Source: Amphiscolops sp. MND2022
Taxonomy: Eukaryota
Reading direction: 5' to 3'
Assembly (NCBI GenBank): GCA_964187785.1
Contig: OZ076409.1
Coordinates: 39,558,001 to 39,622,000, forward strand
DNA: 64,000 nucleotides
The notes beneath the pieces were generated by a model. The model searched no databases. It was not told where the DNA came from and saw nothing but the letters and a program-made list of their open reading frames with translations. Of the stretch, positions 14,300 to 28,800 are shown in pieces (position 1 is the stretch's first letter; the number at the start of each line of letters is the position of its first letter). Position numbers and translations under genes: made by a program.

Positions 14300-17200
14300 G
14301 TCAAGATTCGTGCTAAAGGATGGCGGATCGGCGATCTGACAGGCAACTTCTAGAAGAAGGCACGGGCGACACGGCCAAACAAAGCAAATCTGCAACCTGA
14401 TAATCCAGTGCCTCATGCGGAACGTAAAGACTCCGTAAAAACTGCAAACCGTCTGCAAGAGTTGAACTCACTTTGTATGTCTTCGTAAGGCCACACACTT
14501 CGACCAAAGTTACTTTTTGGACAATTTAGTAACTTAAGTATTCGTCATGTGTCATCATTCCTTTTTTGGACTTGTCTAAGTGTTGAGCATCACAGTTTTT
14601 GCGACTTGAAATTCTTCAGCAGTACATTCTTTCATCATTAGTCAATCCTGGTTCTACCTTTTTGTCATCATGACTAGTTGTTTTACTTTGTGTTCAATAG
14701 AATTAAAAGAAGCAATCACTGACTCAATTTTTCCCACGTTTGTAAACTCGACTTCAACTTCAATAGAATTAAAGGGAGGTATCACTGACTCAATTTTTTC
14801 CACTTTTTCAAACTCGACTTCAACTCGAACTTCAGCGCACTGTTTGTCAGGTCTTTTTTCCATACGACTACTGACAACTCTTCACCAAAATTTGGCCCAA
14901 GGGAATATTTCCCAACAAATTACAGTGACCTAAAAGACATTTTTACTTCACATCACAAAAATTCGACCCTGGAGATACTGTTTCTAAGGGCGAAAATCAA
15001 GTGTTCCGATCATCAAGGGCCAAAATTGAGTACAATATTTGACAAGACATTTAATGTGCTACAAAAACGCCATTCGTCCTTCTCTTTCCATTACGACTTT
15101 TTATTTGTATAAGGAGTTGGGATAATTTCAAAGTGTGCGGCGGCCGGTTTCTTATTAGCTATGCAGACAGCTACTCACAGCGCGTTCAAATTTTCATTCC
15201 TTTGGCTTTCTAACACGTTTTGGTGAGTTGCATATCGTGCTTATTCCGCTCACTGTGGAGTTTTCACTCTCAAACGCATGTGACATTTGCCTACCTTTCT
15301 GTTCACTGTGATAATGGCTTCTTCATCTAATTCCCGCTCCCTAAAGTATAGAACTGAGTACTTAACGCGTGGTCGAGGCGTATGGACAATGTCTTTAAAA
15401 GCTTCATAACTGATGAAACTGTTTCTGATTTTACTGTTTTTCATGAATTTTGACCGCGTTCTCCCTTCTATTTCCCCTGTTAATTTTGATGCAATCTCTT
15501 CCTCGCAGCCTTGCATTCTTGCGCTCAGCTTAGATGCGTCTTAAAACAGTTATACAAAAATTCCTAATTTAACATAACAGATTTCGATAATACTTCCCAA
15601 CATCCACTTATCAATATTATGAAAAGCCCGGATTATTCTGTTAACCGCGAGTTCGAAATTCCAATGCAGGGCATATAGATTTTGGGGACTGTCTCACTTG
15701 ATTTTCATTTGTAGATCAAATTGTAACTAGCTAGCTGCATAGGTTTAATATTACAGTGCCTTTCGTTTTCGTATAAAGATATTGAAGTTGGTGGAGGCGC
15801 TTCTTATGCACTTTTGCATACGAGGATCAAAATTCGGTGTTCCACTACTAACAATAGTTCATCGCGCCTATTAGAACGTTAATAGAATGAGTGTCAAAAT
15901 TTGTCGACCTTTTTCGGAGGGGGCCGCGCGATGAAGAGACGAGTTATTAAAGATTCACAATTCAACGGGCTGGTGATTCAATTTAAATTTTGAATTAGCG
16001 GCCTCATGCTGTGCTCACCGTAGATACAGGTAAGCCTATAATTTTATCGGGTTGGAACGCTTCTACTCATGCGGATTCAACTATCATCACGAGGACGCTA
16101 AACGAATACCATGTGGGGGTAGGACGTGGCACGTGGAGGAAGATATTACTGACACTGGGCAGAGAAGATTTACGACTATGAGTGTTTTCTCCAGCGAAGG
16201 GCCCTCAAGCTTCAAAAATACAGCTTCGCAAGCACTGGATCTGTTTAGAGACTTATTGTCGACATTTTCCAAACTATTTCTCTCTGTAACTTTTTAGTTT
16301 CGTAATTGATACCACACCCGGCTTGTTTATTAAAGCCTTGCTTACTAATAATTTATATAAACTTCAAATTAACAGGTCAGCAAAACTCTGTCAAAAAGCC
16401 TACACTCCCTCCCACTTGGACTACTACTCTCCTAAGCAGTTGGTTATTCAAATTTCACGTCTTAAACTAATGCATTCTGATTCGCTTATTCTTTGTCCCG
16501 TCAAGTTGTTTCATCAACTAGTTTTAATAATTTGTAAACACATGCACGAAATACAACAAAAAAATCACTTCACACTCTCTAAAAAATAACTAGTTTCAAT
16601 GCAAAATTTCTAACTGAAAATACCTGAAATTAATTTGCTTTTATCGAATGTTTCAAACATTCTTCACAGACTTTCCGTTTTTGTTTCATTCCAATCTCAT
16701 GTCGAAGTTTGGGATATGAAATGTGGCATTTACTAAAACAATTTTTTTCTTTATAACTATCTCCTTAAAGACCGGGGTTTCTGGATCATTCTACTAAACC
16801 GGTAATTTGTTTTTTCAATTTCAACTTTTCTGTTCAAGTGAATACAAGTATAGCTTTTGAAACATTTGAATAATTCAAAAAAAACAAATAAAATGTTCAA
16901 ACTGGGTACAAGTTAAAACTAGGAAAACGTTCATCTTACGTGTGGAGTTCCGTCCTAGCATGCAAAGGCGTCTTTCACCTTCCATCCTTCTCTGGATTCG
17001 GCCATGGACATCCGGTTGTCTGGATGGTGAAGGGATCATTTTAGGCAATTTCAAGCTTCATTGTGGTCAGTAGTGGACGACTTCGGTCTTCCTCGTGATC
17101 AACTAGATCTTCGTTCTTTCCACCGGGATAAATAAAAATACCTGTGAAATTACCACAATTACAAAAAAATTGTGATACCAATGAAGAAAAGCATTTTTCT

Positions 17201-17850
17201 GCTGTCTGAATGATAGTCAAAGAGGAGTCACCTTCTTCGCTGAAATTACTTGAGACAGGTTACAGTGTCAGTACAACGGAATAGACATGCATTCTTCCTT
17301 CGCAGATCGTTCAGACAGAAACTTCAGGGGATTGGAACTCAAATATCTCGAAGAAAAGGAGGCAGGCGCTTTTCAGAATCCGCTTCGGATCACGTATCAC
17401 GAATTTATTAAATCATTTTGACATGACTATTCTATGATTTAGCAGTAGCGACAGGTCAACCGCGCAGGTTTTAGGCGGAACATTTCTTACTTTCGCAAGG
17501 TTCCCGAATACATCGACACAACTACAACAAATACTTTAGCTTTCGACTATACTAGCCAGTCGAATAATTCAACAAGAGTTGAAATGTTCTTTTGAAACAC
17601 GAAACACACAATTACATGCGAGTAAAAAACGATCTTAAAGTCGTTTGAATGGATTGTAGAGATGAGGACTACAACTATTTGATTCTAGCGACGAATGCGT
17701 TAGGGTTAAAGCAAAACGGATTAAGGAGAGCCAATAGCGACATTAATGACGTTACTTTTCTTACTCAGCACCTCATGGCGGACTGTCCGAGTTTACGATA
17801 ACTCACTTAGTCATGCTGGCGAACGGCTAAGCAAATCGTGAATTTCACTA
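14300..17850 (-). repeat. Long repeat, copy 1; probable 3' extension of the adjacent Gypsy element, with decayed coding capacity
   Basis: Collinear similarity to 25825-29790 and 30920-31680. For example, cactcacagcgcgttcaa...ggtgagttgcatatcgtgcttattccgctcactgtg is near-identical at ~15175 and ~27425. Confidence 0.75.
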
Positions 17851-18299
17851 CTTAGGATGACTCAACTCACCTGACGAACATCCAAAGACACCACGGTTGT
17901 TTGGGACGGGTACTCGTCTATGCCGTAGCGAAATGGCGGTTGACGATTCCGTGTAGTTTTTATGAATAGTTAGTCCGATCTGCTACTCTCTTCGTCTTCA
18001 TCATGTTTTGGCGGTGAATCATTTCCGCTTTCGAGAATCCCCTCAAAAATGCGAGAGGAAATTACATCTGACAAATCGGGGTTTCTGTATACAATTGGCG
18101 GTTAGTCAGAACCTCCGTCTCGTCTTCTACGGCATTTATTACGCGCGGGACGTCGTGAAACGACACATGCCGCCAATTTCCAGTGGCTTGAATTTCCGCC
18201 GACGTGGGGCAGAATACATAGAAAGGCTGATTTCCGGTCTCTCGGTTGGATGAATCGGATTCATCTTCTATTTTTTGAGAGTTCGGAAGCTTTCAGGAG

Positions 18300-21200
18300 T
18301 GATCCGTCAAAATACGGCTTTAAACGACTGAACAGGCTAATTTGCAAATACTCGGGAGAACCTCGCTTGCAAAGCTGATTATTCATTTTATTCAATTGAT
18401 TTAACGCTTCGTAGGGACCGTGCCAGGGCAGTTAAGAATTCGAGCAACCACACTAAACGTCCTGGGTTATATGGCTTCCCCTGGACTTTTCTCTCGTAAT
18501 ATTCTTTCGGTCGACGTTGTTCTTCACCCATAGTCATCTGCACGTGACTATATACTTCGTACAACATTTCACTCAAATCGGCACCTACCTCACCTAACTC
18601 TAAACGAGGATCACCTTGAGGTTCGGAAAGTTTGAATCGATGGGGTATTGCGCTTTCTTCCGATACAACATTGGAAATGGAGTACTGCCGAGAGTTTTTG
18701 TACAGTAGTAACATACACAAAAGTACCGTTGGATGCAAATCCTATTCCCTTTCTGCGCAGTATTTTGACATAGTGTCGGCAATGACTCGCTTGAAACGTT
18801 CCACTTGGCCAATTATTTAGGGTTGGTACGGAGAAGTTCTGGTCTTTTTCAATCATGGAAACCTTGCAAAGGGCTTTCATCACTTCACCTTTGAAATCTG
18901 TTCCTTGATCAGTATGCAAAGTAACTGGAGCCCCAAATTCAAAATCTACTCTTCGACTAAAATTGTGGCCACGGTTTTAGACGTCGTGTCTTTCAATGGT
19001 ACGGCAACCGCATACTTTGTATTAAGATTTGAAATCAGTAAAAAAGACCGCGCCTGCGACTTTTTCGCTAACGTTACTGGCCCCAAGATGTCTGCTGTCA
19101 CCATGAAAAACGGCGTCTTAGTTTCGATGGACTAGCTTTTCGGCCTCTTCCCTTTTCGGGTCACCAAAATCAAGTCGTGTAACTGGTACAACACTACCGC
19201 TTGAACAATTGTGGGACCTACCGACTGCCATTGTTTACAATCACGATTGCTAGGGTTCCTTTTCCGATAAGGAAGACTTTTTGCCAGTGCAAAAGGTTGC
19301 CATTTACTCCAAAGCTCGAGCGCCTCTAGACAACTCCATCCTAATGGGGTTTCGCAGGAAATGGGATTATGTCGTTAACCTTCTATCGTACCTACCACCT
19401 ATTCAAATTCCATTCCGGACCATTTCGCGAAAAAAATTCCCATGCTTCGATCCATTCGTTGACCATAAGCTGAATCACTGCCTGATCTAGCCCACAAGAT
19501 TTGTCCCCACTTGCTCTGTTACTAGCATTCACTCTCTAGTGGCGACGGAGCATACGGAATCTACACCTGCAGAAATTGAGGTACTACGTCTTTACGAAGC
19601 TGTCGGGTAAATTTGGTCGGTCGGAGTATACGCAGAAAATGTGAAATACTTAACTTGGAATACTACCTTCAGACAAATAGCTATGTTTACCCATTCTAAC
19701 TTACCATCGACGCAACCTATCCTAGACATCGCGAGTTTGGAATTTCTACGTGCACTAGCACGTTCTTTTATTCTCAGTGAACATTCTTTCAGCGTATCGT
19801 ACTTCTGAAGTATTCGTGATGAGTACGTACAAGTAACAGATTGATTTCTCTTCCCTATACACCAGAAACCCTCCACAATGATACACCGACTCCGGAAGAG
19901 GAGAAAAATGGGAATACGATCTAACGAAGGACTTCATGGGTGGTAGTCACTCTCAGGTCTGCAGCGACACACAAAACTAAGGAATCAGACGATTGAAGGA
20001 AATTTCTTTTTCGATAGCGGACTACTTCTTTGGGTGATGAGATATTTGCATTGTTAAAAGGCGAGATACGTCGTCGGACGGTTCGTTCTTTCCCGAGTTT
20101 TGATTCGGGTGGACTGCAGATTACGTTTAGTTTCAAACAAGGCACTCTCGATCTCCGTAAATTCGGGGACTGCACCTTTGGATGCTTTTCTTCGCCTGGA
20201 AGCCATTGTGATATGTCATTTGGTCTTCGGCGAAAACCACCCGTCTTTCAATGCCTGTCTCCTTGTCGGGGTCATACCTATCTGATAGTCACACTCTTGC
20301 AGTTTTTGAACCATTGAGAACGTCTTCCGTCTGCGTTCTGCCTAAACAGCCATTGTGGACTTGCATGATCAGTGAGGGAAATGCACTTCAATCCGTAAAT
20401 GTATGGTCAAAACCACTGGACAACTTGGATTACTCCCAGCGCTTCTCATTTTGTCATAGCGTAGTTACTTCGGTTTTTGTTAGAACTCGAGACTCAAAAG
20501 ATCAGACACTCGATTTCATCGGTTTCTTGGGACAATACTGCTCCGAGCGCGGTATCACTAGCATCGGTATCAATTCTGAATGGGATTTCAATGTTCGGGA
20601 ATGCCAAAACATAGCTTCTAACAACTTGTTCTTCAGCGTTTGAATTGCTTTGTCATGTTATCCGTTCTATGTGAACTTTAGACCTTTGCTCGTCAACAAG
20701 TAATGTGGTTGGGCTACTTCTGCAAAATTTTGGACGAATTTCCGATAATAGTTACAGGAGGCAACAACTGAGCGAACTCCTGTGACGTCAACAGGTCGTT
20801 CCCATTCGCTTACTGTCGCTAACTTTTTGGGATCTGGCTGGATTCTTTTCTTGTTAACCACATGACCTACGTAGTGTACCTCAGTGCAGAACAAAATACA
20901 TTTCTTCAGCTTAAGGCACAAACCGGGCCTGCGTTGTACTCTAAACACCTTCACTCTTAACATCATCCAGGAATATCAGCAGGTGTTTTTGGAGGTCGTC
21001 TTTGAAAATGTTGTTCATAATCCGTTGAAATGTAGGAGGGGCATTAGTTAAACCAAACGGCAACTTAAACTTTCATATAGACTTTCATCCGGAGTAAAAA
21101 CTGCGGTTTTATGCCGACCTTCGGCCGCAGTTGGAATCTGCCAAAAACCGCTGGGCAAATTGAGGGACCAAAATACTCCCGCCCCTGCAGTGCGTCAATC

Positions 21201-23300
21201 GTTCGACCAATTTGGGGTAAGGGATGTGCATCCTTTATCGTGAGGTTGTTTATTTTTCAGAAATCAATACGCAATCGGTTAGAGTCGTCTTTCTTAGGCA
21301 CCATAACTATGTGGCTGCTGAAAAGACCCTCACTTGGCACGATCACTCCCTTATCAAGCATCTCGTGAATCTCTTGACGAATTGCTTCGAGCTTGTGGGG
21401 GCGATATTTTGAATGCTTTGGTATCGCCTATATCAATGTGAGCTTCTACTCCTACCGCAGTTCCTAGAGGGTCTGATGGTAAGGAGAAAACATCTCGGAA
21501 TTAACGAATTCAAACACGCATTATTTCGCCTTTTTTTCGTTGCTTCCAAGTCCAGGGGTGGCTGAATTTAAAGTTTCGTCAATATCCCGCCCGAGTGTTT
21601 GTTAATTTCAGAGGCTGCTGACTTTGTGTCAGGACCAGGTACTGTGTCAAAGACGAAAGCGTCATCTTCCGGAGGAAGGAAATGCTTGCCTATGATTTGT
21701 ATCTGTTCTTTGACGATAGAGCTATCATCATTGGAAATATTCAGTTTTCATTCGACGATGTCGGCCGTACATCGGTGGTCCATGAGGAACTTCAATCGTA
21801 TCAGAATTTCAGGGTGCAGACCCTATACTATGACGGATTCGTCGTTGGCCAAAAAATTTCCGATTTTTATTTCCGCTTCAATGGCCAGTTAGACGACTGG
21901 TGTCAGGAGACATCGTGTTACCGATCGCTCGGGCTAAGTCCAAACTCAATAAACTCCGACTCGCTCCTCTGACTGTTACCGCTCAACATCGACAGTCTTC
22001 CACTTCGTACGGAATTGAAAGCGTTGATCGTGGAACGTACTTACTATGAGCAATCTGACTCGGGTTTTTTTCTCGTCAGGCAAAGCCTGATTCGGAACGT
22101 CTGCATTGATTTTAGAACAAATTTTTACCGAGCCGTCTGCTAGTTTATCTTCAAATATATTTTGTTCAGGAAAACAATTACCAACAGTGGGACTTCGTTT
22201 CTTCGGATAAAAAACTCCGAAACTAAAATTTTTGCACATTTGTAGCCAAAGTTCCCGGTCGATACGTCTACTTCGGTTTTGCTGTCCCAGACTTCGTAGG
22301 TTACTCTTAGACCTATGGCGAACTAACGAGTGAGTTTTGGGGAAGTTTGTAGCAGACCCGGGATGAGAAGGATCCCTCGCGCGAGTAGAGCCTGCTAATG
22401 TATACTCGGATGATGGTAGTTTAAAGATTGTTGCTTGAATCGGTCCGGGAGGTCATTATCGTAATATCCTACAAAACGGCAACTGGAACACTCCGCTTTT
22501 TCGGTCGCGGGATACGTGTTGTTCACATGTCCGGACGAACCTACCCTATTCTATGCTGCATGAGGTTAGGCGTCAAAGGAACTTGAGAACGAGGAGGCTG
22601 CCGGATTTGGGGCTGCCCACTAACTGGCCGTTGTGAACTTCCCAACGCTCCTATAATCGCAATTGACAGGTCATTTATACTTTGTACAATGGTTTCACTT
22701 TGTCTAGTCGCTGCTTCGAATTGTTCCAATTTTTATTTAGTTTGCCGGGACAATTGTTCCGTTTGTTTGGAGATTTGCTGACATATGGAATTTTCAAAAC
22801 GATCAAAACGACTGGCTATAGTAAGTAACCAATTAAGTTTTTAGAGATGCAAATTTTTCTTCAATTAGATAGTTCTAATTACATCTAGAATGTTCGAGTT
22901 CGTTTTGGGAGTAGCGAAGTTTCTGTTGACGGTCTCCTTTTGATTCTTGAGACTTTTGGACAATTCCGAGTTCCTGTGCTCTTTGCAACGTTTCCTCAAA
23001 ATCACAGTCACGCGCGTCTTCATACAATTTAGATTGTATTCTTGAATCGAAAAGTCCCTCGATAAACCGGTCTCTCATATTGCGTTGTTTTTTATGGACT
23101 GGTATCTCAGGATTGGCGATATCTGCGAGATGTCGTACTCTTCTTCAAATTCTCTTAGGTCTTTCTTTTCCCATTGTTTAACGGCTTTAAGTTTGGACCG
23201 CGTAGCTCCTTTGACTGCAACTTTGTTGCATTTCCGAGTTAGGGATTTCAAGGTGTTTGTGAAACCCTGAGGGATAACCATCCGGTTCATTTTAGTCGGG
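18300..23300 (-). mobile_element. Decayed Ty3/Gypsy LTR retrotransposon gag-pol (many stops and frameshifts)
   Basis: gag RDRFIEGL..SRIQ.KL (~23070); [16 protein letters not shown] and IFLDDV (~21070-20960), then LKLKKC...VHYVGHVV...IQPDP; RNase H DTDASDTALGAVLSQ (~20570); integrase ADILGP and LHTDQGTDF (~19090-18890). Order PR-RT-RH-INT. Confidence 0.92.
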
Positions 23301-23444
23301 GCGTTTCGTACAAAATGCAAAGACTATAGCATTGACTTTTTTTTGTTTTTGAAAAGACCAACGAAGCAAAAGACTAAAAAGTGTTAGTGCAAGTCAGTCT
23401 ATGAAACTTAAAAAAGCTTTAGAGGCTGACTTGCACTAACACTA

Positions 23445-25825
23445 ACTGCCACACTCCTTCTACTGGCACTTGGCATAGGTTTTTTTCCTGTTTTTGCAAA
23501 TGAGTGGATGTTCAAACACTCCCAAAGGACCTCTCTTTTACGTTTTTCGGTAAGATGCGACTTACCGGAGACCAAAAAATTTCGAACAAAATTAGAATTT
23601 TTATTTAAACATTTTTCCTCATGCGGGTTTCGTAGAAGAGAGTACTTGACACTTTGAAGTCCTTTTGCTATTTTTGAGCCTAAGATATGGCGCCGACTTG
23701 GGGCGTTCCCGCTTGTTATACTATTTCAAGTTATCTTTTGACTTTGCATATCAGCTGACCCTATTCAAAAGAGTCTTTCACCCTAATCGACATTTGATTG
23801 GTTGTGACGTCTCAGGTTTTGAGGGCGCAAACTCGAGCAATTTTAGTAGTCGTCGGTTGATGAAAGTATGCCCGACTAATATATTGACTTTTTGTAACTT
23901 TTTTTCAAATCGGTTGAAGTGACAAAAAATTTCTGTAAAACTCAAGTTATAAAGATTGCCAAAATGATTCAAAAAGACCTCCCATTCTTTTATCGTCGGC
24001 GGTTTCGTAGAAAGAGCAGACTATAGTGGTGACTTTTTCCAAGACCGAAGAACTGACATTTTTACAAGTTTCATAAGCTGTTACTTAGTATTTTGTAATT
24101 TTTACGGCCACTTGGCACAGAGGTTAATCACAATTTCGTGAAGTTTGAGAAGCAGAAGGACTTAGGTTCGAGACTCGCACCTTATCAAACCCTTTCACGC
24201 TCGTTATTTTGGCTTCGTAAAACTTTTTTGATAACTCTTTGATGTTTCCAATTGGTTCTTCGTTCAATTTTGCAGTACATTGGACTTTCAAAACGCCCAA
24301 AGGCTCCCCCTTTCTCATCTTTTTTTGGCATAGTGAATCTTTCCAGAATGAACGTTCTTGTAAAATTTCAATGATCTTTCTGCATATTTGAAGAATTTAC
24401 TCTTCTGAACCTTGAGCCGGACGCCAACGTGGGCCGTTGCTGGTTTGTTCAAAATATCTAGGAATGACAAATTCAAGTTCTGCAATAGCTGAAGTTGATA
24501 AACAAGTAGGTAATGCTGCAGTTTTTTTTACTAGTTTTCAACCCTTTGGCTTTAGTATCTGCCGTGAAAAGTTTTATCTGAATTTTCCAACGGTTATAGT
24601 TTTTACTGGGAAATTTTTCGTGTTTTTGGGAATTTTTTCATGGAGGGGTTTTTGCTTTCGACTAGATTCATTTTCGGGAGCCAGGGAATCATCCAAATCT
24701 AGATCCTCTTCAATTTTTATTTGCATTGACAATAACTGCCACACTACTTCCACTTGCACTTGGCGTAGATGTTAATTAGGATTTTTGAGGTCTGCCAAGC
24801 AGAAGGACGTGAGTTCTAGTTCCGCCCTTGACAAAGTATTTTCTGTGCAGGTTGTTTCCGCAAAATTTTAAAAACACCTTGAAGGGTCCCCCTCCATTTT
24901 TTCTTGTTTTTGCAAATGAATGAATTTTCAAAAACTCCCAAAGGACCTTTTTTTACGTTTTTTGGTAAAATGCGACTTACTGGAGACCAAAACTTTTCAA
25001 AAAAAAAGAATTTTTTCAAAAAATTTTTTCTCATGCGAGTACTGTAGAAGAGAATACTTGACACTTTGAAGTTTTTTGCTATATTTGAGCCTAGGAAAAG
25101 GCGCCGGCTTGGGCCGTTCCCTGTTTGTTATAATTTTACAAGTTATCCTTTGAATTTGCATATCAACTGACCATATCAAAAAATGATTTTCACACTAATC
25201 GAAATTTGATTGGTTGTGACGTCTCACGTTTTGAGGGCGCAACCTCGAGCAATTTTAGTAGTCAGCGTTTTATGGAATGTTGCGCGACTATTACACTAGC
25301 TTTTCGTAGAGTTTTTTAATCCGGTCGAAGTTACCAAAGCAATTCTCTAAAACTCAAGCTACAAAAATGGCCAAATTGATTCAAAACACCTCCCTTTCAT
25401 ATATAGTCGGCGCTTTCGTAGAAAGAGCAGACTATAGTACTGACTTTTTTCCAGCCCGACGAACTGAGTTTTTCATATTTTTAAAATGCTGTTGCTTAGT
25501 AACTTGCACCTTTTACTGCAACTTGGCACAGACGTTAATCAGAATTTTCTGAGGTCTGAGACACAGAAGGCTTGGGTTCGAGTCTCTCTCCATAACAAAC
25601 TTTTTCAAACTTGTTATTTCGGCTTCGTAAAACGATATTCCTTTGATGTCTCCAAATGGTCCTCTTTTAAATTTTGTAATAAAATAGAGTATTAAAAAGC
25701 CCAAAAGGTGCCCCTTTTCACATTTTCGTGAACTTTTGGTGATGGTGAACTTTTAAACTTTTGTTTTTTTAAATTAGTATTTTTGCATATTCGAAGACTT
25801 TACTCTTCTGAAACTTGAGCCGGGC
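23445..25825. repeat. Diverged tandem duplication (~23445-24420 vs ~24735-25825) made of HINE-like pieces and spacer
   Basis: Shared collinear blocks, e.g. gattggttgtgacgtctca.gttttgagggcgcaa.ctcgagcaattttagtagtc at ~23797 and ~25208, and gtcggcg.tttcgtagaaagagcagactatagt at ~23996 and ~25406. Confidence 0.8.
23992..24448 (+). mobile_element. HINE-like element with internal tRNA-like A/B boxes (~24105-24180)
   Basis: 5' gtcggcg...gactatagt; internal TGGCACAGAGG...GGTTCGAGAC; 3' acgccaacgtgggccgttgctggtttgtt. Confidence 0.6.
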
Positions 25826-28800
25826 AAATCTGCAATCTTGACAATCCGGTGCCTGATGCGGAACGTAAAGCTTCCTTAAAATGTCTTCAAAATGAGGCAC
25901 TCATTTTGTCTGTATTCGTAAGGGCGCACACTTCGGCCAAAGGTACGTTTTCGACAGTTTAGTCAATTGAGTCTTCAATATTTGTCATCAATCTTTTTTT
26001 CGGGACCTGACTAAGTGTTGAGTACTACAATTTTCCCTACTTCGGTACTGAAAGCTCATCTAAAGAACATTCTCTCATCATTAGTCAGTCCTGGTTCTAC
26101 CTTCCTGTCAATCATGACCAGTGGTTTTATTTCGTGTTCAAAATATATTAAGGCGAGGTATCACTGACTCATTTTTTCTCACTTTTGCAGACAGAACTTT
26201 TACTTCGGTCTAGTGATTGACATTTGCATTTTTGTTCATTTTCCTACTCGAGTCCAGACACTTCTTGTCAGCAAAAGATGGCTGAAGGAAAAAGTTCCCC
26301 ACTCTTTACGGTGACCTAGAAAGCAATTTTATTTCAAATCCCGAAAATCAACTTTTGAGTTACACATTTCAAGTGCTACAACTAAATGTTCTAACCATCG
26401 CGGGCTAAAACCAAGTGACTTATCCAAGACAGCTACAAAAACGCTCTGTATCATTAGCTTTGTATTTTGACTCCTTCACGTTGAAATACGCCCTTAAAGT
26501 AAAGTTGTCAAACATCAGGTTTCGACGATGGCAAAACTCATAACTTTGGGGGCGTGTACTCTTCTAATTTGAAAAGTACAGCTTCTATACATCGCTAGCC
26601 TAAGCTATTGCGAGTATTTTTCACTTTAGATGAGGTCTCTATCTTAGTTCAACAAAATTTGGTAGCACTTTTTCCGCAAACAGTCATTTTTCAAATTTTG
26701 GTGACCTGACCTTCAACTTCAGTGGTCAATATCTCAAATCCAGGTCATTTTTTGGAAAACCGCTCCTTCTAAAAGCTGTGCGTCATACTCTTGTACTCTT
26801 GTGAAAGTAGTCGATCTTAGATCTTACTGTTATCAAATTGTAATCACAACTTTCATTTCTTGCAGCGCACTGTTTACTAATTTATTCACACATCCATTTC
26901 AATTCTCAAGTACGCTGCAACGGGAGCGGCTATTGTGAGCTTGTACGCAGAGTACTAGGGAGTAACATTCGAAAAACAGTCAATTTGCCTTTTTTGGGCT
27001 TTTTTTAACGTTTACCGGCTCAAATCTCAAAGACTACTGATTGTTGTCTCTTTCTGATTGACACAAGTTAGACAAATGATGTATCTTATAATTTAGGCTA
27101 TATCCGAACTTTTTTGACAAGTTGGGTCCACAGGAAATTTTTAAAGGAAAGATATTTTCAGAAATTCGTCCTAAGTTCAAAAATCGGAATAAAATTTTTT
27201 CAAACCTACTTTTAAAGTCTCCCGCGGTCAAGTTCTCGTTGTTGCACAGAGTTCATATGTTCAACTTAGGCTTTCTTTTGGACAGGCTAACGAATGCTGA
27301 AGACCGTTTCTTGATATCTTTCTTCATTCTTGAGAAATCACGTTTTGATTTTTAAAGTTGTACAAAGAGTTGGGATAATTCCAAAGTGTGCGGCGGCCGT
27401 TTTCGTATTAGCAATGCGGGCAGCCACTCACAGCGCGTTCAACTTTTCATTCCTTTGGCTTTCTAACACGTTTTGGTGAGTTGCATATCGTGCTTATTCC
27501 GCTCACTGTGAAGCTTTCACTCCCAAGCACATGTGACATTTGGCTACTTTTCAGTTCACTGTGAATATGGCTTCTTCATCTAATTCCCGATCCCTAAAGT
27601 ATAGAACTGAGTACTTAACATGTGGTCAAGACGTGGGGTTGAGCGTATGGACAATGTATTCAAAAGCTTCATCACTGATAATACTGTTTTTGACTTTACT
27701 GTATTTCATGAATTTAGGCCGCGTTCTCCCAACTGTTTCCTGTGTTAATTTTGATTCATTCTCTACACCGCAGCCTTTCAACCTTGATTCCCTTAGAAGC
27801 GTTTTGGAACAACTATCCAATATTTTTAAACTAACATGGGCCGATTTTGATAACGTTTCCGCTTATCCACATATCATTATTATGAAAAACCCGGATTATT
27901 CTGGTACTCGCGAGTTCAATATTTCAATGCAAGGGGATATGGATTTTGGGGACCGTCTCACTTCTGCGATTGTAACTAGCTAGCTGCAAAGGGTTTTTAG
28001 TACAGGGTGGTTGGTTTTCGTATGCGCATATTGAAATTGGTGGAGGCGCTTCTTCTGCACATCTGCATACGGGGATGAGGATTTGGTGTTCTACTACTAC
28101 CAATAGTCAATCGCGCTTATTAAAACGTTGCTGTAATGATGTTAATAATTGTATCGACGTAATTCGGAGAGAGTCGCGCGACGGAGAGGCGAGTTATTTA
28201 AGATTCACAGTTCAATAGCCGGGTGATTTCTATTATATTCTACGTTTGCGGCAACATGCTGTTCTCACTGTAGATACAGATAAGCCTACAGTTGATCGGG
28301 TTGGGTTGCTTCTATTATTGCGGACTCAACGATCATCACAATGACGCTAGACGAATACAATGTGGGTACGACGTGGAGGAAGACTTTACGGACTCAGGGC
28401 AGAAGGGAATTTCGACTATGGGTGCTTTATCCAGCAGAGGGTCCTCAAGCTTCAAAAAACAGCTTCGCAACTACTAGATTTTTGAGGGACATGTTGTCCA
28501 CATATTCTTAACAATTTATCTCTGTGACTCTTTCAATTAAAAATTGATATCACTTCCGGTTTGTTTAATAAAGCCTTGCTGATTAACAATTTGAAAAAAT
28601 TTCAGAATACAAATTCAGAAAAATTTTGTCAAAAAACCTACATCCCCCACCCCCCACATGGACTACTATTCTCCTGAGTAGTTGGTTTTTACATATTTTA
28701 ATTCTAATCCTAATGCGTTCTGTTTCGCTAATTGTTTTTAAATCGTTTCTACCTACTCAAAATTACAGAAAACATTTTGCGTTTATCAAAATTTTCAAGC

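Noticed and set aside
13630..14300. Possible LTR of the minus-strand Gypsy element
   Set aside because: A TG start is present, but no second copy, polypurine tract or TSD could be identified.
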